64,000 bases of DNA from Deltaproteobacteria bacterium (lineage in GTDB: Bacteria > SAR324 > NAC60-12). Below, one piece after another: positions 31,067 to 39,226 of this stretch. A program made the position numbers and the translations under genes. The notes beneath the pieces are model-generated. The model did not search any database, was not told the origin of the DNA, and was given only the letters and a program-made list of their open reading frames with translations. The stretch's first letter is position 1. Every line of letters begins with the position of its first letter. Location: positions 36,700-100,699 of the forward strand of contig JAYOTF010000007.1 of assembly GCA_038150265.1 (NCBI GenBank), given 5' to 3'.

Positions 31067-31285
31067 CTAGTCTTTGAGCAACTGAACCACCTCCCCCGGT
31101 TCGGGAAAGCGCCCCTCCTGGTGCTTGGAAAAGACGATCTCGCCTGCATCCTTCACTTCAAACGCTCCTTTCGCTCCAGGAATCAGTTCGGTTTCCACAC
31201 CAAACGCCTCCTGTATTTCTGCGGCCAAACTGGTCGCACGCGGCAGGTAGCTTCACATCACACAGTATTCAATGCTGAGCTTCAT
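31067..31285 (-). CDS. SelW/SelT/SelH (Rdx) family selenoprotein, CxxU motif; TGA at 31253-31255 read as Sec
   Basis: AAGGAG RBS; MKLSIEYCVMUSYLPRATSLAAEIQEAFGVETELIPGAKGAFEVKDAGEIVFSKHQEGRFPEPGEVVQLLKD; Rdx motifs IEYC, GAFEV, FSK, RFPE on both sides of the TGA. Confidence 0.9.
31210..31247 (-). promoter_or_regulatory. Putative bacterial SECIS hairpin
   Basis: mRNA UGCG-A-CCA-GUU-UGG-C-CGCA with a GU-starting loop 23 nt after UGA, plus a lower CCUG/CAGG pairing. Confidence 0.65.
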
Positions 31286-32024
31286 TGTCAGGTCTCCTTA
31301 AAGAGTCGGGGATGGGATCAGCCGGAACGTCTCGCAACAGGCGTGCAGTGACGGCTTCCGACTTTCGGGAAAAGAACGAGGTTCGGGACCGCTTCGCTCG
31401 CGGGGTGGTCCTGAGAGACGATCGCCGAGGGGCCGGTGGCTGCCACCTGCTGCTGACCTGATCGACCCAATCTCCCAACGGAAGGGAGAAGAAGAGGATG
31501 GGGCTCAGGCGCATCAGGCTCCACAGTCCCACCACCAGCACCCCGGTGGTACTGACCCAGGGCCACGAACTGTTGAGGATCCACTCGCGTCCAATCTGGC
31601 CAAAGTAGCCCTCTTGCCAGTGCAGGCTGACGGCCAGCGAGCGGGAGGTCCCGAGCAGGCCATGCAGGATGCTGGTGGAGGCCACCAGGAGCAACGTCAG
31701 GAGCAGCCGGCTGTGCAGGAAGCTGTACTGCCGGGGCTCCAGGAGCAGCTTCCGGGACCGAGGCAGGCGCCACAGCAGCCACGCCAGCAGAAAGGCCGAG
31801 CTGCCAAACCACTCCAGCAGGGTGCCCCCAAACAGCGCTCCGACGATGCCGAGCCAGTTGTGAATGCCGTCCACCGGAGACGCCTGATGAAACAGCGTTG
31901 GGTCCTGAAAGTGGGCGCTGAGCAGGCTCACGGCCAGAACTCCCCCCCAGAGCAGGTGCCCCCACTTCCGGGAGTCCGGAGCTTCATACGACTGAGAGCC
32001 ATGATGGATGGAAGTCGGGTACAT
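31269..32024 (-). CDS. Stand-alone FtsK N-terminal 4TM-domain protein
   Basis: DPT..., HNWLGIVGALFG..L.WFGSSAF, GYFG; four hydrophobic segments; no ATPase domain. Confidence 0.7.
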   Translation of the reverse strand: MYPTSIHHGSQSYEAPDSRKWGHLLWGGVLAVSLLSAHFQDPTLFHQASPVDGIHNWLGIVGALFGGTLLEWFGSSAFLLAWLLWRLPRSRKLLLEPRQYSFLHSRLLLTLLLVASTSILHGLLGTSRSLAVSLHWQEGYFGQIGREWILNSSWPWVSTTGVLVVGLWSLMRLSPILFFSLPLGDWVDQVSSRWQPPAPRRSSLRTTPRAKRSRTSFFSRKSEAVTARLLRDVPADPIPDSLRRPDNEAQH

Positions 32025-32026
32025 GG

Positions 32027-32527
32027 TCAGGCGTTGCTTCGGGTGACAGCGGCAGTGACGACCTGGGCGACCGAAGGCAGCACGTACGTTTCAATGCTCT
32101 CCCCCAGAAACGCCAGCTCGCGGACCAGGGAGGAGCTGATCTGAAAGCGCTCCGGACGTCCAAACAGGCAGAAGGTTTCGATCTCCGGCACAATGACGGC
32201 GTTTCCCAGCGCCTGCTGCTGTTCCGGATGAAAGTCGTCCACGCTCCGGAGGCCCTTGATGATGGCACAGGCCTGCTGCTTCTGCGCATACCGGACGGTC
32301 GCACCCGTGAAGGCATCGACGGTGACGTTATTGAGCTGGTAGTGATCCACATAGGCCTGCATCATCTCGACCCGCTCCTGCTGCGTAAAGAGGTACGCCT
32401 TGCTCGGGTTCACGGCTGCTGCCCAGAAGACGTGGTCGAACTGACGTGCGGCCCGGATGAGGATGTCTGCATGCCCAAAGGTTGGCGGATTGGAGCTGAT
32501 CGGGTAGACCGCGATGTGAGAGGCCAT
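32027..32527 (-). CDS. coaD: Phosphopantetheine adenylyltransferase
   Basis: AVYP..SNPPTFGHADI, IKGLRSVDDF, ISSSLVRE. Confidence 0.88.
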   Translation of the reverse strand: MASHIAVYPISSNPPTFGHADILIRAARQFDHVFWAAAVNPSKAYLFTQQERVEMMQAYVDHYQLNNVTVDAFTGATVRYAQKQQACAIIKGLRSVDDFHPEQQQALGNAVIVPEIETFCLFGRPERFQISSSLVRELAFLGESIETYVLPSVAQVVTAAVTRSNA

Positions 32528-32531
32528 GAGG

Positions 32532-35282
32532 TCAAAGCGATTGGGTTCGAGCCTGGCGGACCAGGTCGTGAAGGGTCGTGAGCGCCTGCAGCGGGGTCAT
32601 TTGGTCCGGATCAAGGGACTTCAGGGTTTCCAGCCACTCCGGAGACTCGGCAAACAGCGAGAGCTGCGCCGGTGCAGCATCCGGCTGAGAACGGGTCCAG
32701 TGAGCGGCTTGCTCCTCGACCTGAGCCAAGGGACGCGGTGAGGGCGTCAACTCCGGAAGACGGTGTCCGACCGAAGTCGCTTCCAGCTCCTGCATGACTT
32801 GCAGGGCGCGTTCCACAACCGGAGTGGGAATGCCGGCCAGCCGAGCGACCTGAACACCGTAGCTCTTGTTGGCCTCGCCAGCAACAATCTTGCGGACGAA
32901 GACGATCTCCTCCCCGTGTTCCTCGACGACCACGCTGAAGTTCTCCACCCCGTCCAACTCCCCGGCGAGGGCGTTCAGCTCATGGTAGTGGGTGGCGCAA
33001 AGGGTCAGGGCCCCCAGCTCATGGAGGTATTCCGCAATCGACCAAGCGAGGCTGATCCCGTCAAAGGTGCTGGTGCCTCGCCCGATTTCATCAAGCACCA
33101 CCAGGCTTTGCGAGGTCGCCTGATGCAAGATGGCGGCGGCTTCATTCATCTCCACCAGAAAGGTGCTCTGCCCCTGGCTCAGGTTGTCGGAAGCCCCGAC
33201 CCGGGTGAAGATCCGGTCCACCAGCACCAGGTGGGCCTCCTCGGCTGCAACAAAGGACCCCGCCTGCGCCATGAGCACATTGAGGGCAATCTGCCGCATG
33301 AAGGTGCTCTTTCCTGCCATGTTGGGACCGGTCAGGAGCATGACGCGGCATCCGGAGGCCTCCAGGTGAATGTCGTTGGGGACAAACGGTTCGCCCATCC
33401 GGATGCTCTCAATGACGGGGTGCCGGGAGTCCCGGAAGCGGATGCTGCCTGGAGCGCCCAGGGGCTTGAGCTGCGGGCGGACGTAGCGGTTCTGTTCCGC
33501 CGTGTGGGCCAACCCGGCCAGCACATCGGTCTCGGCAACCAGCTGAGCTGCTTGCTGAACCCGGGTGGTCTCTGCGACAATCTGGGCCTTGAGCGCCTGA
33601 AACAGCTCCTGTTCCAGCTTACCAATGCGCTCCTCTGCCGTGAGGATTTTTTCCTCAAATTCCTTCAGCTCCGGGGTGATGTAGCGCTCGGCATTGACCA
33701 GCGTTTGCTTGCGGATGTAGTGCTCAGGCACCGCGTCCTTGTGCGCATTGCTGACCTCAAGGTAGTAGCCAAAGACCTTGTTGTAGCTGATCTTGAGAGA
33801 GGAAATGCCGGTGGTGTCTCGTTCCCGTTGCAGCACCCGGTTGAGGAACTCCTTGGAGTTCCGGGAAATCTCCCGCAGCTCGTCCAGCTCTGCGGAGACG
33901 CCTTCGGCAATGTAGCCCCCTTCTGAGAGCCGATGTGACGGCGCTTCCAGCAGCTGGTGCTGCAGCCGTTCCAGCAGGTCGGTCAGTGGGTCGAACTCTG
34001 CCCCAATGGCACGAAGCCGGGCGGCCTCCAGGCGTTGGTAAAAGACGGGAAGCTGCTGCAGGGGCTCCAGCGATTCCCGCAGGCCAACGAGATCCGGAAT
34101 GCCAGCGACGGGCAGGCTGAGGCGTCCAATGAGCCGGGGGAGGTCCTGGACGGTCTTGAGCAGGTTCCGGAGCTCCTCGCGGAGCAGAAACTGGCGGGAG
34201 AACTCCTCCACGGCGTCGTGCCGCTCCTCAATGGCCTCGACCTTCAGCAGCGGGCGGCGGAGCCAGTGCCGCAGGAGCCGGGCGCCCATTGGCGTGACGG
34301 TCTGGTCCAGGACATGGAAGAGGGTGTGCCGCTTCTGTCCGGACTGTGCCTCAAACAGCTCCAGGTTCCGGAGGGTGGTTTCGTCCAGCAGCATGGCCTG
34401 TTCCACCGAGTGCAGCCGCAGCGTCGTCAGGTGGGTGAGGTTGCACATCTGCGTGTCTTCGAGGTAGCGCAGAACAGCTCCGGCGGCTCGCAGTCCATGG
34501 ACCTGGTCTTCTACGCCAAAGCCGGCCAGGTTCAGGGTCTTGAAGTGCCGGCAGAGGTTCCGTCGTGCCGCCTCTTCGTCAAAGTGATAGGGGTCAATGA
34601 ACTGGCAGCGTCCGGGGGTGGCCTCGGTGCGCGGGGCGTCTTCGGCAAGCGGGGGAGCAACCTGGTCCAGCAGCTGTCCCAGGCGGTGGGTCAGGGTTTC
34701 AAGGAACTCAGACTCGGCGGTGGAACGGCTCTGAGGCAAGAGGATTTCCTGCGGATCCAGTTGCATCAGGAAGTCGTACAGGCGTGGGAGCTGATCGACG
34801 GCAAACTCGCACAGCTCAAATTCGCCGGTTGAGACATCGGCATAAGCGACCCCGAGCCTTTGGGCCTTCAGGTCCAGCGATGCAGCCAGCAGGTAGTTGT
34901 TGCGGTCCGGATCGATCAGTTGCGGAGAAACCGTGGTTCCGGGGGTGACAATGCGGACCACCTCGCGGTTGACGATCTTCCCGGTGGCCTGCGCAGGATC
35001 TTCCGTCTGGTCACAGATGGCGACCTTGTAGCCTGCGGCGGTGAGCTTGTTGAGGTACTGCTCATAGGCTCGAACCGGGACACCACACATGGGCAGGGCC
35101 CCTTCCTTCTTCTTGTCCCGCGAGGTGAGAGCGATCTGCAGCACGCGTGCGCCAATGACGGCATCTTCTCCGAACATCTCAAAGAAATCCCCCATCCGGA
35201 AGAAGAGGATCTTGTCCGGATGCTGCCGCTTGGCGTCTTGAAACTGACGCATCATCGGCGTCTCACTGGGCGCTGCGCTCAT
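32532..35282 (-). CDS. mutS: DNA mismatch repair protein MutS
   Basis: TPMMRQF, FFRMGDFFE, TGPNMAGKST, DEIGRGTST, THYHEL; likely start MSAAP at 35282. Confidence 0.96.
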   Translation of the reverse strand: MSAAPSETPMMRQFQDAKRQHPDKILFFRMGDFFEMFGEDAVIGARVLQIALTSRDKKKEGALPMCGVPVRAYEQYLNKLTAAGYKVAICDQTEDPAQATGKIVNREVVRIVTPGTTVSPQLIDPDRNNYLLAASLDLKAQRLGVAYADVSTGEFELCEFAVDQLPRLYDFLMQLDPQEILLPQSRSTAESEFLETLTHRLGQLLDQVAPPLAEDAPRTEATPGRCQFIDPYHFDEEAARRNLCRHFKTLNLAGFGVEDQVHGLRAAGAVLRYLEDTQMCNLTHLTTLRLHSVEQAMLLDETTLRNLELFEAQSGQKRHTLFHVLDQTVTPMGARLLRHWLRRPLLKVEAIEERHDAVEEFSRQFLLREELRNLLKTVQDLPRLIGRLSLPVAGIPDLVGLRESLEPLQQLPVFYQRLEAARLRAIGAEFDPLTDLLERLQHQLLEAPSHRLSEGGYIAEGVSAELDELREISRNSKEFLNRVLQRERDTTGISSLKISYNKVFGYYLEVSNAHKDAVPEHYIRKQTLVNAERYITPELKEFEEKILTAEERIGKLEQELFQALKAQIVAETTRVQQAAQLVAETDVLAGLAHTAEQNRYVRPQLKPLGAPGSIRFRDSRHPVIESIRMGEPFVPNDIHLEASGCRVMLLTGPNMAGKSTFMRQIALNVLMAQAGSFVAAEEAHLVLVDRIFTRVGASDNLSQGQSTFLVEMNEAAAILHQATSQSLVVLDEIGRGTSTFDGISLAWSIAEYLHELGALTLCATHYHELNALAGELDGVENFSVVVEEHGEEIVFVRKIVAGEANKSYGVQVARLAGIPTPVVERALQVMQELEATSVGHRLPELTPSPRPLAQVEEQAAHWTRSQPDAAPAQLSLFAESPEWLETLKSLDPDQMTPLQALTTLHDLVRQARTQSL

Positions 35283-35438
35283 GGAATCGGGAAGCGAGAG
35301 GAGGTGCATGAAAGTGAGCAAGCCCATTAGCTTAAGTGACTCCACGGAACTCTCAAGCCCTTCCCCCTCCCCTGAAGCGCAGGGCGGGCTTCGGTGGAGG
35401 TGCTTCGAACACACGCTGCCTCTGCCAGGGGGTGCTGC

Positions 35439-35469
35439 TTGACATTTTCCGGAAAAGCCCTCATAAAGT
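35439..35469 (+). promoter_or_regulatory. Sigma70-type promoter with a palindromic spacer
   Basis: TTGACA, then TTTTCCGGAAAA, then CATAAA (17-bp spacer) or TAAAGT (19-bp spacer). Confidence 0.45.
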
Positions 35470-35541
35470 TGAGTTCGTATCCACATAGTGGCATGAAATT
35501 TTTGTTGTTTTTCTGATAAATCAATTTTCAGGGAAGGTCCT

Positions 35542-36444
35542 TTGTTCCGGAAGTTGGCCCTCAGGTTGTTTTTCTTGCTGGTCGTGGGGCTGGCTCCGCT
35601 GGGAGCAGCGCAGGGCGCGTGTTACTTCATCCCGGCGGCTCCGGAGGTGGAGCAGTTGGCGCAACTGGAGCAGTGGGGCCGTTCGCTCCTCAATGAGTTT
35701 GTTGCCCCCATCCAACCCCTTCCCAGCGCCGGAGTCTCCAGCCGCGAGCTGGAAACGGTGTGCCACTTTGACGTCCGTTTGGACGCCTCCGGGCCGATTT
35801 CCCTATCGCTGGTTGCGCGCAATGCCCCGGTGGCGATAGATGGGGTTGAGACGTTGAGCGCGTTTACGCCCGCGAATGTGGAGCAGGCGTTGCTGCGCAT
35901 CATCTGGGATGCTGTTCCCCCGCAACATGAGGCAATGTGCCGTAAGTACCAGGAACGGCTCCGGCAGCAATGCGGAGGAGCGCGTCCGGTTCAGGTGCTC
36001 TCGGTTGCCGGTCCTGCCGGGCTTCAGGAAGCGGAAAGCGTGGTCTGGGGAGAGCTGGAGGCGCTGGCGCCTCGCGTCACCGGCGTGGAAGTGGTCGCGG
36101 AGCGCCTGCGGGTTTCAGCTGGAGAGCCCTGGGAAGCCCGACTCAATCCACAAACAGAGGGCGTGATTCTGTTTGAGTTGGAAGGAGACCGGCTCAAGCA
36201 GCCTTCGTCGATGTGGGCAGGATTTGCAGACATCCAGGTGGAACTCAGTATCTGGCGGAAGCAGGACTCCGGCTGGCAAAACGTCGGTTCCTTTGCCTCC
36301 GACCCCCAGCGCTTGCCGGTCCGGAAGTGGAGCGAGCGTGATTCGGCCTGGGAGAAGCACTTTGGCAAAGCTGCCAAGAAGCTCACCAATAAGTGGGATG
36401 AGCGCGCCCTTCTGGAAACCTTTCAACGTCTCACCGCCCCATGA
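35542..36444 (+). CDS. Hypothetical secreted protein with four Cys
   Basis: TTG start, signal peptide, ATGA overlap with the next gene. Confidence 0.7.
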   Translation: MFRKLALRLFFLLVVGLAPLGAAQGACYFIPAAPEVEQLAQLEQWGRSLLNEFVAPIQPLPSAGVSSRELETVCHFDVRLDASGPISLSLVARNAPVAIDGVETLSAFTPANVEQALLRIIWDAVPPQHEAMCRKYQERLRQQCGGARPVQVLSVAGPAGLQEAESVVWGELEALAPRVTGVEVVAERLRVSAGEPWEARLNPQTEGVILFELEGDRLKQPSSMWAGFADIQVELSIWRKQDSGWQNVGSFASDPQRLPVRKWSERDSAWEKHFGKAAKKLTNKWDERALLETFQRLTAP

Positions 36445-36908
36445 AAACCTGGCTGTTCCTCTTGGTGCTGCTAACGGCTCTTCCACTGCAGGCGGCGGAA
36501 GTGCCCGATTTTTGGATCCGGAATCTGGAAGGAGAGCGCTTTGACACCCGGAGCCTGGAGGGGCGCCCCTTTGTGGTGAGTTTCTTCTTTGTCGCCTGTG
36601 TGCCCTGCCGGAAGGAAATTCCTGAGCTGCATGCCTTCATGACGGAGGAGTACCCGGACGTGCCGCTGCTGTTTCTCAATCCACTGAAGGAAGACAGCGA
36701 AGCCGACATCGTGCAATTTGCAGAAACCCTGGGTGTGCCGAAGTCCTATTTTTACCGCGACACCTTCAGTGCCGTCAGCCGGAAGTTTTTCAGCCGCGAG
36801 AAGATTGGCTTCCCCACCATCATCGGTGGAAAAAACGGGAGGCAGCTGTTTCGCTTTCCGGGACTGCCAGAGACCGCACTTGCCACGATCCGCCAGGAGT
36901 TGCGATGA
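36441..36908 (+). CDS. TlpA/redoxin-family thiol-disulfide oxidoreductase, exported
   Basis: VPDF..NLEG, FFFVACVPCRKEIP, GFPT. Confidence 0.85.
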   Translation: MKTWLFLLVLLTALPLQAAEVPDFWIRNLEGERFDTRSLEGRPFVVSFFFVACVPCRKEIPELHAFMTEEYPDVPLLFLNPLKEDSEADIVQFAETLGVPKSYFYRDTFSAVSRKFFSREKIGFPTIIGGKNGRQLFRFPGLPETALATIRQELR

Positions 36909-36933
36909 AGAGGTGGCCCGGGCAAGCGCGCTC

Positions 36934-37791
36934 ATGACCCCGCTGTACCAACGTCTGGTCTCTGCCGATGCCTCGCTGGTGGTCTACGACAACCCCGGCC
37001 CCCGGTTTGACGGTGTCTATCACTACCATCCCGAGTTTGAGCTGAGCCTGATCGGGAGCACCAAGGGGCTGGCCGCAGTGGGAGAGAACATTCACCCCAT
37101 CTCTCCGGGGGACCTGATCCTGATGGGTCCCAACCTCCCTCACTACTGGAACAATGACGGCATGGCGGTGGAGCACGCGGAGTCGCGGATCATGCTGGTC
37201 TTCAAGTTCACCGAGCACTTCTTGGGCAAGGGCTTCCTCGACATTCCGGAGAGTCGAAAGCTGAGGGATTTCCTCCGCAAGGCGTCTCAGGGCATCCGGC
37301 TGCTGGAACCGGTGGCAAGCCGGGTCCGGGGGCTGATGCTGGAAATTGAAGCGACTCCGCCGGGGCTGCTGCGACTTTCCCGGTTTCTCGAGCTGCTGCA
37401 CGGGATCACTGAGGCCGAGCAGGTCGAGGTCCTGGCCGATCAAACCACGGGCTTTTTGGGAAATGCGATTCAGAATGAGCGGATTGATCAGGTGTACAAG
37501 TATGTGATGAAGCACAACGGCGAAGCGATTTCTCTTACCGAAGTGGCCGAGCAGGTTCACATGAGCCCAGAGGCCTTTTGCCGTTTCTTCAAGCGGAGCA
37601 CCGGCAACACCCTCAACGAGTTCATTCAGAAGGCCCGGATCGCGCGGATCTGTCATGACCTGATGGCTCGCGATGAAGGCATCACGGAGATTGCGTATGA
37701 ACATGGCTTCAACAACCTCTCCAACTTCAACCGACAGTTTCGCAAGCACAAAAAGATGACTCCACGAGAGTACCGCAAGCTCTTCCAGTAA
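36934..37791 (+). CDS. AraC-family regulator (cupin plus double HTH, MtlR-like)
   Basis: HYHPEFEL, GPNLPHYW, AFCRFFK, GFNNLSNFNRQF. Confidence 0.92.
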   Translation: MTPLYQRLVSADASLVVYDNPGPRFDGVYHYHPEFELSLIGSTKGLAAVGENIHPISPGDLILMGPNLPHYWNNDGMAVEHAESRIMLVFKFTEHFLGKGFLDIPESRKLRDFLRKASQGIRLLEPVASRVRGLMLEIEATPPGLLRLSRFLELLHGITEAEQVEVLADQTTGFLGNAIQNERIDQVYKYVMKHNGEAISLTEVAEQVHMSPEAFCRFFKRSTGNTLNEFIQKARIARICHDLMARDEGITEIAYEHGFNNLSNFNRQFRKHKKMTPREYRKLFQ

Positions 37792-37856
37792 CCCTCCTTC
37801 CGAGCCGTTCCTGGCTTCCTCGGGTCGGAAAGCAGGCTCCACCCCGGAATCAATTG

Positions 37857-37919
37857 GTCAAAATAGTATCAGTTTAGGCTAAGTCTGGCCTAGTCCTCCC
37901 TGTCTCCCTCACGTATAAC
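37857..37919 (+). promoter_or_regulatory. Candidate AraC-type activator site and -10 box for the nan operon
   Basis: GTCAAAATAGTATCA (37857-37871), resembling MtlR-type boxes from memory; TATAAC at 37914 with no good -35. Confidence 0.4.
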
Positions 37920-38152
37920 ATCCTCCACTCAGCCAAAAACCGGGCTGGGTTTCAAGAGAGAGGAAGCCTCGGATGCCTCATCAGGTGGAGAGCCTGTTGT
38001 CAAGATGCTGGAAATCGAGCGCTTCCCTTGGGTTCCGGGGGCGGGTTGTCTCTCCGCTCCGCCTCCGGAATTCTTTCACAGACGCCCAATCTCTTTTTTG
38101 TGCGTCGTTTGACCCCAATTGGTATGGGGCTTCCCCACGGCATCAGGTTCTC

Positions 38153-39052
38153 ATGAACACGACTTCTCCTGATCGGAACATCTTCCATGGGATCTACATT
38201 CCCATGATTACCCCTTTTCTCAGACAGGACGAATCTCTGGACCTGCCGGCAACGGAAGCGCTGGTGGAGTTCCTGATCGCCCATCACGTTCATGGCCTCT
38301 ATGTGGGGGGCAGCACGGGAGAGGCCTTCGCGCAGTCGATAGACGAACGTGTCGCCTTTCTGAAAGAGGTTGCTGCAGTGGCCAACGGGCGCCTGCACCT
38401 GGTGGCGCACGTTGGCAGCCTGGCGACCCGAGATGCAATTCATCTGGCAGAAGCGGCGGCGGCGGCCGGGTACGCTGGCACCTCCTCGGTTCCGCCTTAC
38501 TACTATGCCTTCTCCCGTGCTGAAGTGATCCGCTATTACGAAGAGCTGGCGGCGGCCACTCCGCTTCCGCTCCTCATTTACAACATCCCCGGAAACGCCC
38601 GGTTTCGGTTTTCTCTCGACGACCTGAGTCGCTTGTTACAGGTCGACTCCATCATTGGGGTCAAGCATACCGAGACCGATTTCTTCATCATTGAACGCCT
38701 CAAGGCGAGGCATCCGGAAGCCATCGTCTTCAATGGTCCGGATGAAATGCTGGTTGCCGGGCTGACAATGGGGTGCGACGGCGGCATTGGCAGCACGTAC
38801 AACGTGGTGCCCGAAAAGTACGTCAGCCTTTACGAACGCTTCCGCCAGGGGGACTTGCCGGGTGCGATTGCGCTCCAGCATGAGGTCAATGCCCTGACAG
38901 AGCTGCTGCTGGAGGTGGGGCTCTACAACGGGCTCCGGCACCTCCTCAAGAGACGGGGCGTTGATACCGGAGTCAGCCGCCGACCCTTTGCACCTCTGAC
39001 GCCTGAGGGCGCGGCCAGGCTGGATGCCTACTATGAGCAAAACCTTTCATGA
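38153..39052 (+). CDS. nanA: N-acetylneuraminate lyase (DapA family)
   Basis: GLYVGGSTGEAF, VPPYYY, YNIP, GVKHT, GGIGSTYN; AGE epimerase in the same operon. Confidence 0.8.
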   Translation: MNTTSPDRNIFHGIYIPMITPFLRQDESLDLPATEALVEFLIAHHVHGLYVGGSTGEAFAQSIDERVAFLKEVAAVANGRLHLVAHVGSLATRDAIHLAEAAAAAGYAGTSSVPPYYYAFSRAEVIRYYEELAAATPLPLLIYNIPGNARFRFSLDDLSRLLQVDSIIGVKHTETDFFIIERLKARHPEAIVFNGPDEMLVAGLTMGCDGGIGSTYNVVPEKYVSLYERFRQGDLPGAIALQHEVNALTELLLEVGLYNGLRHLLKRRGVDTGVSRRPFAPLTPEGAARLDAYYEQNLS

Positions 39053-39226
39053 GCCAGGACCGGCCCCGGTTCTGGCACCGCGATTGGGTCATGGAGGCCT
39101 GATCCGTTTTGTCAATGCCAACAAGGAGGAACTATGAAACGCCCCCTGCTGAATCGCTCGGGAACCAACTGGCGAAGCCCGGCCATCTTGCACCGCATCA
39201 ACCTTTTCCCTCTGGTGGAGAAACCC

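Noticed and set aside
35489..35505. Sigma54-like TGGCATG element
   Set aside because: There is no GC at the -12 position.
36718..36933. Longer AraC N-terminus; likewise long starts for nanA (37973), dppD (42423), the KefC-like gene (50319), mutS (35486) and PhyH (62574)
   Set aside because: These extensions overlap neighbouring genes, promoters or the tRNA and lack family similarity; downstream starts fit better.
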